Shown: positions 18,939-27,884 of the stretch, one piece after another
How positions within the stretch are numbered: the stretch's first letter is position 1
Layout: each line of letters starts with the position of its first letter
NCBI GenBank assembly: GCA_965205975.1
Contig: OZ242195.1
Coordinates: forward strand, 224,001 to 288,000
Reading direction: 5' to 3'
DNA: 64,000 bases
Source: Candidatus Latescibacterota bacterium
GTDB lineage: Bacteria > Latescibacterota > UBA2968
Notes under the pieces: generated by a model
The model's database searches: none
The model's input: only the letters and a program-made list of their open reading frames with translations
Told to the model about the DNA's origin: nothing
Made by a program: the position numbers and the translations under genes

Positions 18939-21518
18939 CTAACGTTTATCCAGTGCCTGTTCAATCAGGTGGAGGATATAGCCGGTGTGAGCTTCGGTGC
19001 TTGCATCGGTTGTTTTTTTTGTTTTGAGCATGTTTTGAATGGCTTTGAGGTTGTGCAAGGCGATGGCGCGAGATGCATGGATCCGCTTGCTTTCTGGGTC
19101 GATGATGTCGGTGAGTCGATTGACGTATTCAGCCTGCAAGTTCTGGCGGAAAGAATTGACCGTGCCTTTGGCGTCTGCCGCAAAGACGGCATCGGTCAAG
19201 TCGGCCATCATATCGGACAGGGCGTATTCGTTGCCATAGAGCGCGGTGTCGAGCAGGCGGGCCTGGACTGTGGGGTGTAAGAGATGGCTGAAGACGCGCT
19301 GTTGAATGCCGATTACGCGGTCGTGAATTTTTGGGTCCTCTGGGGCGCGAGAGAAGCCGAATCCGCGTCGTTGTTCCTGCAAATGGCTATAGAGCCCGGG
19401 CGGCATATCAAATGCTTTGGGCGATAAGACGTATTTGGCGAGTGCGTCCAGCGCGCGTTTCTGGTCTGCGAGAGCTACTGGCGTGAATGGCCGGGTTGCG
19501 CCGGGTTGGGCGATAACTGCGCGATCGACGTAAATGCCGCCGATATAACGGGAGAGTACGGTTGCGGCATTGCGATGCTGCGCCGTGAGAATGAGATAGG
19601 CCGTTTTCAGTTCGTGATAGGTGTTGCCCGGTGTGTTGTATTTTGCGAGGATTTTATTTTTGACGTCGTTTACCAGTTCAATCCGACCCGTGGCATGGGC
19701 AATGGCATCGTTGCTGAGGTCGTAGATCATCACGCGCGGGTCAATGCCGCGATTCGACGAGCGCATATCATCGGCGTCATTGCCAAACATGAGTTCGGGT
19801 TCTGTGGAGCGCGCGAGTATTTTTTCGAGGCGTTTTTGTTCATCTTTGATATTGTTCCGCCCTGGCGAATACCCAAATTCAATGGCCCAAATATCGTAGG
19901 GTCCTGGGCGTGTGGTGTAGTAATGCCCCTGTTTTTGACCGGGCAATGCGAGGTTGACGCCTGGATAGTCCATGACCGAACCCGTGAGGCCCATTTTACT
20001 GGTTCGGCTTTTGTCGTGGAGTTGTGCTGGGGTGTGCAGTTGGCTGGATTTCATGTTGTGGTTGAGACCGAGCGTGTGGCCGATTTCGTGCAGGATGAGA
20101 AAGTAGATGCTGTCTTTGAGCAGTGCGTCAACTTCAATTTTGGATGCGCCAGAAACGCGCAGGGTCTGGGCGCCAAAGAGGTTGGATACGTGTAGCTCGT
20201 GGCCCAGGGAACAGTATTGGGGCAGGTCTGAATCGGCATTGGGTGTCGCGTTGTCAAAGAGCTTGTCATAGCGCAGGCTGCTCGTGAGGAATGCAAATTC
20301 GAGCATGATGTCGGCACCCAATATTTGCCCGGTTCGCGGGTTGACAAAGCTCGGTCCATATCCCCCAAATGGTGGATTGGGCGACGAGGTCCAGCGCAGG
20401 ACATTGTATCGGATATCGCCGGCTTCCCAATCGGCATCATCGGGTTGTTCTTTGATATGTACGGCATTTTTGAATCCAGCGGCTTCGAAGGCGATATTCC
20501 AGGCGAGAGCCGCTTTTTTGATGGTTGGACGCAATTCTTTCGGGGTGGTGTTTTCGATCCAATAGGTGATTGGTACGATTGGTTCAGAGCGTTTGGCTTT
20601 GGGATCCCTTTTTTTTATGTGCCAGCGGTGAATTAAATCTCGATAAGGCGTCGCGCTTTTGGAGGTCAGGTCGGTCACTTGCGTGCTGAAGTAACCGACG
20701 CGCGGGTCGTCAAATCGCGGTTGATAATCATTTTTTGGCATTTCGATTAGTGTGTGTTGCAGGGTAATCGTGACATTGCGGGCATCGGTTATGCCATCGC
20801 CACCGCCTTTGGGGTTGGGATTTTCATAGGTGTAGGCAATGATGAAATCCGTGTTTTTGGGATAATTTTTGATGGATAGACATTTGGTTTTGGTTTTGCT
20901 GAGTCTGCCCAGTGAAAAGTTTTTGCGGTTCTGCGTTCGGTTGACGCGATGGAGTGCTTCTGTGAGGAAGATACCGTCGGCTTTGATGAGGATGTTGCCC
21001 GTGGAATCATTGCGTGCCGCGATTTTTTCCGATACGAGAATAGAAGGGCTGATGTTGGCTTCGGCTGCGCGACTCAAGGCGTTTTTGGGGTCGAAATAAT
21101 ACGCGGTGTTTTTAGAGATGATTTCGATTTTGTCAAAGTGCTTTTGAATGGAAAGCACGCGGCTGCCGCGATAGTTGCCCCTGTATGTTCCCGCCGATAC
21201 GGGGGCGTTAACGGTGTGGGTGAAGTAGATGTATTCTTTGCCGATTTGCGATTCGCGGATTTGCAATTGCAATGCGCCTGTGGTCGTGTCTTCATAAACG
21301 GTGAAGAGGCCGGGGTACTTGCGGCTGGATTTTGTAAGTTCGGCAATGGTTTTTTTGGGTGTGTCCTTTTTTTGTGTTCCCTTTTTTGGAGTTTTTGCGG
21401 AGTCTTGTTTGGCGACTTTTGTCGAATCCGCAGGTTGTTTTTCCTGCGCCTGAACGGAGAATGCGATTCCAAAGACGAGAGCGACTGCGATTAATAGGCG
21501 TTGAACATTCACGGTCAT
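18939..21518 (-). CDS. Secreted zinc-dependent metalloprotease (metzincin; DUF5117/EcxA-like)
   Basis: Signal peptide; PRFDDPRVGYF; NPRTGQILGADI; HEIGHTLGLNH zinc motif; SVMDY Met-turn; GPYDIWAIEFGY. Confidence 0.9.
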   Translation of the reverse strand: MTVNVQRLLIAVALVFGIAFSVQAQEKQPADSTKVAKQDSAKTPKKGTQKKDTPKKTIAELTKSSRKYPGLFTVYEDTTTGALQLQIRESQIGKEYIYFTHTVNAPVSAGTYRGNYRGSRVLSIQKHFDKIEIISKNTAYYFDPKNALSRAAEANISPSILVSEKIAARNDSTGNILIKADGIFLTEALHRVNRTQNRKNFSLGRLSKTKTKCLSIKNYPKNTDFIIAYTYENPNPKGGGDGITDARNVTITLQHTLIEMPKNDYQPRFDDPRVGYFSTQVTDLTSKSATPYRDLIHRWHIKKRDPKAKRSEPIVPITYWIENTTPKELRPTIKKAALAWNIAFEAAGFKNAVHIKEQPDDADWEAGDIRYNVLRWTSSPNPPFGGYGPSFVNPRTGQILGADIMLEFAFLTSSLRYDKLFDNATPNADSDLPQYCSLGHELHVSNLFGAQTLRVSGASKIEVDALLKDSIYFLILHEIGHTLGLNHNMKSSQLHTPAQLHDKSRTSKMGLTGSVMDYPGVNLALPGQKQGHYYTTRPGPYDIWAIEFGYSPGRNNIKDEQKRLEKILARSTEPELMFGNDADDMRSSNRGIDPRVMIYDLSNDAIAHATGRIELVNDVKNKILAKYNTPGNTYHELKTAYLILTAQHRNAATVLSRYIGGIYVDRAVIAQPGATRPFTPVALADQKRALDALAKYVLSPKAFDMPPGLYSHLQEQRRGFGFSRAPEDPKIHDRVIGIQQRVFSHLLHPTVQARLLDTALYGNEYALSDMMADLTDAVFAADAKGTVNSFRQNLQAEYVNRLTDIIDPESKRIHASRAIALHNLKAIQNMLKTKKTTDASTEAHTGYILHLIEQALDKR

Positions 21519-21685
21519 ATCTCCTTTTGATTCTGATTATTAGAGGTAGCTTCTATACGAAATTACCTAATTGTTTTAAAATTTTCAAGTGTATATCGAC
21601 TATATGAGCTATCAATTGACTTTATGTTTTTTTTTCTTATCTTTTGCGTTCAATTTTTTGAAGGATTAGATCATTAGCACGAGGT

Positions 21686-21886
21686 ATGACAATGGCAGAG
21701 GCGGGAAGCGCGTGGTTGACGCCTAATGAGATCGCGGATCGGTTGAGTAGTCGAAAGGCGCGAGAAGTGCAGGAAGATTTGCTCTATGGGCGCCGAACAC
21801 GGCGTGAGATATTGGATCTGGTGATGGAAGCTGTGGGTTGCAATGAATATTCGGCGGAAGATTTTTTGCGTGAGATTGTAAAATAA
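21686..21886 (+). CDS. Small hypothetical protein
   Basis: 66-aa ORF with a GAGG RBS and a possible TTGACT-16-TATCTT promoter at 21616-21643. Confidence 0.6.
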   Translation: MTMAEAGSAWLTPNEIADRLSSRKAREVQEDLLYGRRTRREILDLVMEAVGCNEYSAEDFLREIVK

Positions 21887-21954
21887 AAAACAGCTTCTAA
21901 ATGTGAATAATTATCTCTCGTCTTGGACGCCTGCTTGAGGCATGTAGAGCCTTT

Positions 21955-21986
21955 GTCATCGCGGCAGGATTTTAGCCGCGATCCAG
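21955..21986 (+). repeat. GTCAT..ATCCAG (CGTC-family) REP-like palindrome
   Basis: GTCATCGCGGCAGGATTTTAGCCGCGATCCAG, stem ATCGCGGC/GCCGCGAT. Confidence 0.5.
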
Positions 21987-22071
21987 GAAGTTTTGCTGAC
22001 CGTTATTTATGTTTGCCGCGTATGGGATTTTCAATACGCGGCTCGATATTTTTTGACCTGTAGGGTACGCC

Positions 22072-23733
22072 ATGTCTGAGGTTTCTAAATCTGATTATCT
22101 GGTCATTGGCAGTGGTATTGCTGGCCTCTCATTTGCGCTTAAAGCGGCAGAGACCGGGTCTGTCACCCTGATTACAAAAAAAGAATTTCAGGAATCCAAT
22201 ACCAATTACGCACAGGGCGGTATTGCGTCTGTTTTGCATCCAGACGATTCGTTTGCGCTTCATAGGGAGGATACGATTCAGGCAGGCGCGGGGTTGTGTC
22301 GCGAAGATGTGGTGGATATGGTGGTGAGAGCAGGTCCCGATATGGTTAAGGCGCTCATTACCTGGGGGGCAGAGTTTACACGAGGGAGCGAGCAGCGTAC
22401 AACTGAGTCAGACATTCCAAATCTCGCGCTTGGGCGCGAGGGCGGGCATTCAAAAAATCGCATTGTGTATGCCGCCGACCTGACCGGGCGAGAGATTGAG
22501 CGGGCATTGACCGAAGCGGCGATAGCCCATCCCAATATCGCGTTGTATGAGCATCACATGGCGATTGATTTGATCACGGAACACCATGTATATGGTTCGA
22601 AGGTCTCAACGCCGGGGAAAATTCAGTGTTGGGGTGTTTACGCATTAGATGCCGTGCATGGACAGGTGAAGACTTTTTTGGCAAAATTTACGCTGTTGTG
22701 TAGCGGTGGGAGTGGTCAGATTTATTTGCATTCGACCAATCCGGCGATTGCTACGGGCGATGGTATTGCCATGGCGTATCGCGCGGGCGCAAGTGTGGGC
22801 AATTTGGAGTTTATGCAGTTTCATCCCACGACGCTTTATCACCGGGATGCAGATTCATTTTTGATTTCTGAAGCGGTGCGCGGGCATGGCGGCATTCTGG
22901 TGGATCGGGCGGGGCGGGCGTTTATGGCTGATTATCACGAGATGGGGCCGCTTGCACCCCGGGATGTGGTCGCGCGGGCGATTGATAGCGAGTTGAAAAA
23001 GAGCGGTGATCCCTGTGTGTTTCTCGATATTACGCATTGTCCTGGTGCAGAACTTCAGGAACGTTTTCCCACGATTTATGAGCGGTGTTTGCAATTTGGC
23101 ATTGATATAACACAGGAGCCTATTCCGGTTGTGCCCGCGGCGCACTATATGTGTGGTGGGGTGTTCACAGATACGCGGGGGCGCACGGATATCGAAAGGC
23201 TTTACGCTTCGGGTGAGGTCGCCTGTACGGGGTTACACGGTGCGAATCGCCTGGCGAGCAATTCGCTGTTAGAAGCGCTGGTTTTTTCAGATCGCGCGTT
23301 TTCCGATATCCAGCAGCACATAGATGCGCGGCTCGATTTTCCCGATGTGCCGACATGGCAAGACGACGATGTGTTTAATACAGAAGAATGGGTGTTGCTA
23401 TCACACGATCGGCAAGAAGTACAGCGTTTGATGTGGGATTATGTGGGGATTGTGCGGTCGGATTTTCGATTGAAGCGTGCAGCTCGTCGCATTGGCGTGA
23501 TTGTGCAGGAGGTCGAAGAATTTTATAAGCGCACACAAGTTACCGAGGCACTGTTGGAGTTGCGCAATATGACGACTGTTGCCGCGCTGACTGTGCGCTG
23601 TGCATTGTCCCGGCGCGAAAGCCGGGGGTTGCATTATACGCTCGATTGTCCCGCGCCATTCAAATCTGCAAAAGATACGGTGGTGTCTGCCTGGGAGACG
23701 TGGGGTGCGGGGCTGCCGGTGATTGAAGTGTGA
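22072..23733 (+). CDS. nadB: L-aspartate oxidase
   Basis: IGSGIAGL, SNTNYAQGGIA, REGGHS, EFMQFHPT, LISEAVRG, PAAHYMCGG, GLHGANRLASNSLLE, ESRGLHY. Confidence 0.96.
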   Translation: MSEVSKSDYLVIGSGIAGLSFALKAAETGSVTLITKKEFQESNTNYAQGGIASVLHPDDSFALHREDTIQAGAGLCREDVVDMVVRAGPDMVKALITWGAEFTRGSEQRTTESDIPNLALGREGGHSKNRIVYAADLTGREIERALTEAAIAHPNIALYEHHMAIDLITEHHVYGSKVSTPGKIQCWGVYALDAVHGQVKTFLAKFTLLCSGGSGQIYLHSTNPAIATGDGIAMAYRAGASVGNLEFMQFHPTTLYHRDADSFLISEAVRGHGGILVDRAGRAFMADYHEMGPLAPRDVVARAIDSELKKSGDPCVFLDITHCPGAELQERFPTIYERCLQFGIDITQEPIPVVPAAHYMCGGVFTDTRGRTDIERLYASGEVACTGLHGANRLASNSLLEALVFSDRAFSDIQQHIDARLDFPDVPTWQDDDVFNTEEWVLLSHDRQEVQRLMWDYVGIVRSDFRLKRAARRIGVIVQEVEEFYKRTQVTEALLELRNMTTVAALTVRCALSRRESRGLHYTLDCPAPFKSAKDTVVSAWETWGAGLPVIEV

Positions 23734-23744
23734 AGGGAGTTTTT

Positions 23745-25559
23745 ATGCGCGACGGCATTGCCGTGATTGATTTTGGCGGGCAATATGCCCATTTGATTGC
23801 CAATCGGATTCGCAGGTTGCGGGTTTATTCCGAGATTTTTCCACCGGATGTTGATCCTGCGGCATTGCGTGGCGTGTCGGGCATGGTTTTTTCGGGTGGT
23901 CCATCCAGTGTGTATGATCCCGATCCGCCTGCGTTTAATCCCGAGTTGCTGGATACGGATTTGCCCGTGCTTGGGCTGTGTTATGGACATCAGTTGTTGT
24001 GCATGCATCTGGGGGGTGAGGTGGTTGCTGGTGAGGTGCGAGAATACGGTTCTGCCAGGTTGAATATTGCAGGTGGGTCGGATTTATTTGCCGGGCTTGG
24101 GGATTCTCAGGTGGTGTGGATGAGCCACGGCGATGTGGTCGCAACGCTGCCAGAGGGCTTTGAAATTTTGGGGGCGACTGAGGATTGTCCTTCGGCTGCG
24201 GTGGGCGATGTCAAACGCAGAATTTATGGCTTGCAATTTCATCCCGAGGTGGCACACACGCCGCGCGGATTGGATATTCTCGATAATTTTCTGACGATAT
24301 GCGATGCGCCTCGCACCTGGACTATGGGCAATTATGCCGAGGTGGTTATGGCGGAGATGCGGGAGAAGGTGGGGGATCGCAATGTGTTTTTGCTGGTGTC
24401 GGGTGGGGTCGATTCTTCGGTGGCTTTTGTGCTGTTTAACAGGGCGCTGGGCGCAGACCGGGTGTTGGGGTTGCATATTGACAATGGTTTTATGCGAAAG
24501 GGCGAGACGGCTGCGGTGGAGGTTTTTCTGAAAGAGGAGGGGTTTGACAATCTGATGGTCGTGGATGCCAGTGACGATTTTTTGTTGGGTGTGGAGGGTC
24601 TGATCGATCCAGAAGCAAAGCGCGAGGCGATTGGACACACATTTTTGGAGGTGAAGGACGAGGTGATGGCGCACTTGCATCTGGATGCAGATCAATGGGT
24701 GCTGGGACAGGGTACGCTTTATCCCGATACCATAGAATCGGGAGGGACAGAGCACGCCGCGTTGATTAAGACGCACCACAATCGCATTGATTTGATCGAT
24801 GAGTTGATTGCACAGGGCAAGGTTGTCGAGCCTTTGGCACAGTTGTACAAGGATGAGGTGCGCGAGTTGGGGAGCGAGTTGGGGTTGCCCGATCATCTGG
24901 TGTGGCGACATCCGTTTCCCGGTCCCGGTCTGGCTGTGCGCTGTTTGTGCTCAGATGGTGCGGTGGATGGGGTTGATATTGCAGCATCGGAGAGGGCTGC
25001 TGCTGAGATCGCTTCTGAGGCGGGTTTGCAATTGCGGGTTTTGCCCGTTAGAAGTGTGGGGGTTCAGGGTGATTTTCGCACGTATTCGCATCCCGCGATT
25101 GTTTCGGGTTTCACAGCCGAGAGCAATGGCGATTGGCGCGTGCTCGAAGATATGTCAACGCGGATTACCAATAGCGTGTCGGGTATTAATCGCGTGGTTT
25201 GTCTTGTCGCGCCAGATGTGTTGCCCAGGGTGCGTCTCAAACGCGCATTTTTGACCTATCAGCGGCTCGATGTTTTGCGGGAGGCCGATGCCATTGCCAT
25301 GCGAATACTCGATCGCGCGGGTCTTATGTCCTCTGTGTCTCAGATGCCGACTGTGCTGGTGCCGTTGACGACAGATGGACAAGATGAGATTGTGATTTTG
25401 CGCCCGATTACGACGCCGGATTTTATGACTGCGCGATTTGCCGAATTGCCCCACAGTCTGGTGCGCGATATAGCGGACGAGATACTGAGTCTGTCCGGCG
25501 TCGCCGCCGTGGGGTACGATATTACACACAAACCGCCAGGGACTGTGGAATGGGAGTGA
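23745..25559 (+). CDS. guaA: GMP synthase (glutamine-hydrolysing), long form
   Basis: IDFGGQY, GLCYGHQ, QFHPEV, SGGVDS, QGTLYPDTIES, IKTHHN, RHPFPGPGL, KPPGTVEWE. GGAG RBS before ATG 23745. Confidence 0.96.
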   Translation: MRDGIAVIDFGGQYAHLIANRIRRLRVYSEIFPPDVDPAALRGVSGMVFSGGPSSVYDPDPPAFNPELLDTDLPVLGLCYGHQLLCMHLGGEVVAGEVREYGSARLNIAGGSDLFAGLGDSQVVWMSHGDVVATLPEGFEILGATEDCPSAAVGDVKRRIYGLQFHPEVAHTPRGLDILDNFLTICDAPRTWTMGNYAEVVMAEMREKVGDRNVFLLVSGGVDSSVAFVLFNRALGADRVLGLHIDNGFMRKGETAAVEVFLKEEGFDNLMVVDASDDFLLGVEGLIDPEAKREAIGHTFLEVKDEVMAHLHLDADQWVLGQGTLYPDTIESGGTEHAALIKTHHNRIDLIDELIAQGKVVEPLAQLYKDEVRELGSELGLPDHLVWRHPFPGPGLAVRCLCSDGAVDGVDIAASERAAAEIASEAGLQLRVLPVRSVGVQGDFRTYSHPAIVSGFTAESNGDWRVLEDMSTRITNSVSGINRVVCLVAPDVLPRVRLKRAFLTYQRLDVLREADAIAMRILDRAGLMSSVSQMPTVLVPLTTDGQDEIVILRPITTPDFMTARFAELPHSLVRDIADEILSLSGVAAVGYDITHKPPGTVEWE

Positions 25560-26182
25560 AAGACAAAAACGGAGGTTCTGATCTGGGACCTCAAAGGGAA
25601 TCCAATCACGACAAGGATCAGGAAATTCTTGAAGTCCGCGTGAATACAATTTCTATGAACCTTCTTTCACTCCTTATGTTTTTTTTCGCGTTTAAGATCG
25701 CCATTGTTGCCCAATTTCTATTTTCTTTTGAGATTGAGTTGCGTTTCCCAGGCATTGATAGCTGGAAGTTATTGGGGTCACTTATTTTGCTTATTATTTT
25801 TCACGAAGTGCTCCATGCTATTGCCGCGCTACTGTGGGGAAGAGTTTCATGGCGGTCAATACATTTCGGATTCAAATGGCGACAGCTCATATTTTATTGT
25901 CATTGTGATAAACCGCTAAAAGTGAATACATATCGCATTTTTGCTCTTTTTCCTCTCATTATCACCACACCCGCTGCTGGTCTTATCCTGTGGTTAGATC
26001 CATCTATCTGGTCACTATTGTTCTTTAGTTTCACAATAGCTTTTTGTGCCGGAGATGTCTTGCTGTTTTTTAAGACCGACCAGGTTGAAAATGACAAATG
26101 GATTCAAGATCATCCATCAGAACCCGGTTTCTATATCCTGCCAGACGCTATCGCTGCATCCCCTGAAGAACACCAAAGATAG
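25550..26182 (+). CDS. DUF3267-like membrane protein (putative zincin peptidase)
   Basis: Transmembrane helices with HEVLH, FYCHC, ALFP, CAGD and IQDHPSEPGF; AT-richer than its neighbours. Start uncertain. Confidence 0.75.
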   Translation: MGVKDKNGGSDLGPQRESNHDKDQEILEVRVNTISMNLLSLLMFFFAFKIAIVAQFLFSFEIELRFPGIDSWKLLGSLILLIIFHEVLHAIAALLWGRVSWRSIHFGFKWRQLIFYCHCDKPLKVNTYRIFALFPLIITTPAAGLILWLDPSIWSLLFFSFTIAFCAGDVLLFFKTDQVENDKWIQDHPSEPGFYILPDAIAASPEEHQR

Positions 26183-26299
26183 CTCAGATAGGGTTGTTTT
26201 TTTCACTTTTAAAAATTGAAATGGAACAAAATGAACACCTTTTTTTAAATAGTTAGTAAGCGTGGGTTTGCTGACGCAAATTATATATCCTTGTTTTTT

Positions 26300-26340
26300 A
26301 GTGCCTTAGAATATTCTGAGGCACTTTTTTTGTTTTTTTT
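26300..26340 (+). terminator. Intrinsic terminator-like hairpin
   Basis: agtgccttagaat/attctgaggcact near-palindrome followed by long T-runs. Confidence 0.55.
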
Positions 26341-26345
26341 GAAAA

Positions 26346-26362
26346 TGGGCACGGTATTTGCA
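26346..26362 (+). promoter_or_regulatory. Sigma-54 (RpoN) -24/-12 promoter
   Basis: TGGGCACGGTATTTGCA: GG(26348-49)-N10-GC(26360-61), matching GGCACG-N4-TTGCA, about 70 nt upstream of the glycosyltransferase operon. Confidence 0.72.
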
Positions 26363-26432
26363 GATATGCTGTGTGCAAATCGCACTCGTGTTAATGCGGC
26401 GGGGATGTCCGCGATGATAGAGGGGTGAAGTT

Positions 26433-27722
26433 TTGAAAAATACTACAGTTGCATTTTACAGCCAACATCTCATTGGCGTGGGGCACCATTTTCGCAATCG
26501 ACAGATTGTCAATGAACTGGTCAAAACATGCGATGTGTTTTTCATCGATGGCGGACGCCCTGTTCCCGAAGCCGATCTCGATGAAGGGGTAATGCGTATT
26601 TCTCTGCCGCCGCTTCGCACGGGACCACAGGGGCTTGAGTCTGTTGATACGGAGCGTGATTTGCAGGCTGTGATGCACGAGCGTCAGGCCAGGCTTTCCG
26701 AAGCGATGGAACAGATTTGTCCGGATGTGTTTTGTGTTGAGTTCTTCCCCTTTTCCAGATGGTCGCTCAAGGGCGAAATCCTCAATACTATTGTCAGGCT
26801 CAATGAGGTCAATTCCGACGCGAAGGTGTTGTGTTCACTGCGCGATATTCCCACACGGGCAAAAAGCAATGTGTTGCAACCGACTGTCACACCTGTCCAG
26901 AGACGCGATGGAGACGCGATGCGGTTTTATTCGGTGCCTTTTGGCGGGATACATCACGAGTATTTGGCTTTTAATCGGCGGTATTACGAGGAGGTCGTGC
27001 CCGTGTTGAATCAGTATTTCGATGCAGTGATGGTGCATGGCGATTCCCAACTATCCCGGTTGGAAGATCACTTTCCCTGGGTAGATGATATCGGTATTCC
27101 CGTGGTTTATACGGGGTTTGTTTCTGAGAAACTCGGTGACGCATCTCGGCCTGATGGTGCGCCTGATCGGTATGTGTTGGTCAGTGCTGGCGGTGGGGTT
27201 GAGGGACTTGCGCTTGTTGCGCCGTGTATTGAAGCGTGGAAACAATTAGCACAGTACAATGCGCACGGTGGGCGCGAGATGGTGATTTTTGCAGGTGCGT
27301 TTATCGATGAAACGCATTTTGACGCTTTGCGTGGGTTGTGCGGTGATGGTCCGTTTCTCATTGAACGCTTTACGTCCAATTTTTTGGCGTGGATGAAACA
27401 CGCGGATTTGTCGATTAGCCGCGCGGGCTACAATACGTGTATGAATGTGCTTGAGACAGGTATTCCATCGATTCTGGTGCCGAGTATTGCGATGGATGAT
27501 CAGGAATTTCGCGCACAGAAGTTGATGGGGTTGGGTATTGTACAGGTGATACATCCCGATCAACTCGGTGTGACAAAGATGGCAAAAGCTATTGCCGAAA
27601 TGCTCGAAAGTGCTGTGCCTGAATACCATCTATCCCTGGATGGTGCCGAGCAAACGCGAAAGTTTATAGACAGCGGTCAGCAGTTGGCAGTCAGCAAAAC
27701 AGAAATAGCGGTTAGCCGTTAG
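26433..27722 (+). CDS. GT-B glycosyltransferase (COG4671 / GT28-C-like)
   Basis: FYSQHLIGVGH, VEFFPF.R, CSLRDI, VHGD, YTGFV, VLVSAGGG, SISRAGYNT, DQEFRA. Confidence 0.85.
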   Translation: MKNTTVAFYSQHLIGVGHHFRNRQIVNELVKTCDVFFIDGGRPVPEADLDEGVMRISLPPLRTGPQGLESVDTERDLQAVMHERQARLSEAMEQICPDVFCVEFFPFSRWSLKGEILNTIVRLNEVNSDAKVLCSLRDIPTRAKSNVLQPTVTPVQRRDGDAMRFYSVPFGGIHHEYLAFNRRYYEEVVPVLNQYFDAVMVHGDSQLSRLEDHFPWVDDIGIPVVYTGFVSEKLGDASRPDGAPDRYVLVSAGGGVEGLALVAPCIEAWKQLAQYNAHGGREMVIFAGAFIDETHFDALRGLCGDGPFLIERFTSNFLAWMKHADLSISRAGYNTCMNVLETGIPSILVPSIAMDDQEFRAQKLMGLGIVQVIHPDQLGVTKMAKAIAEMLESAVPEYHLSLDGAEQTRKFIDSGQQLAVSKTEIAVSR

Positions 27723-27884
27723 ATTCCCCCTCTCACCTCCCTCTGATGCCCTCATGGCAGATCTCCCTCCTGTTGCCGGGGTTGGGGTGCGAAAGGGAGG
27801 GGTTGACCGCATGGATGAGCTGACAAATGGTGGTTGGGTGGCTGGGTGGGCTAATTGCTGACCGCTAAATAGATGAGGTGAAAG

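Noticed and set aside
21890..22071. NAD-sensing riboswitch upstream of nadB
   Set aside because: The hairpins are explained by a REP-like palindrome and a probable terminator (22015-22042). I cannot match a known aptamer by eye; an Rfam scan would settle it.
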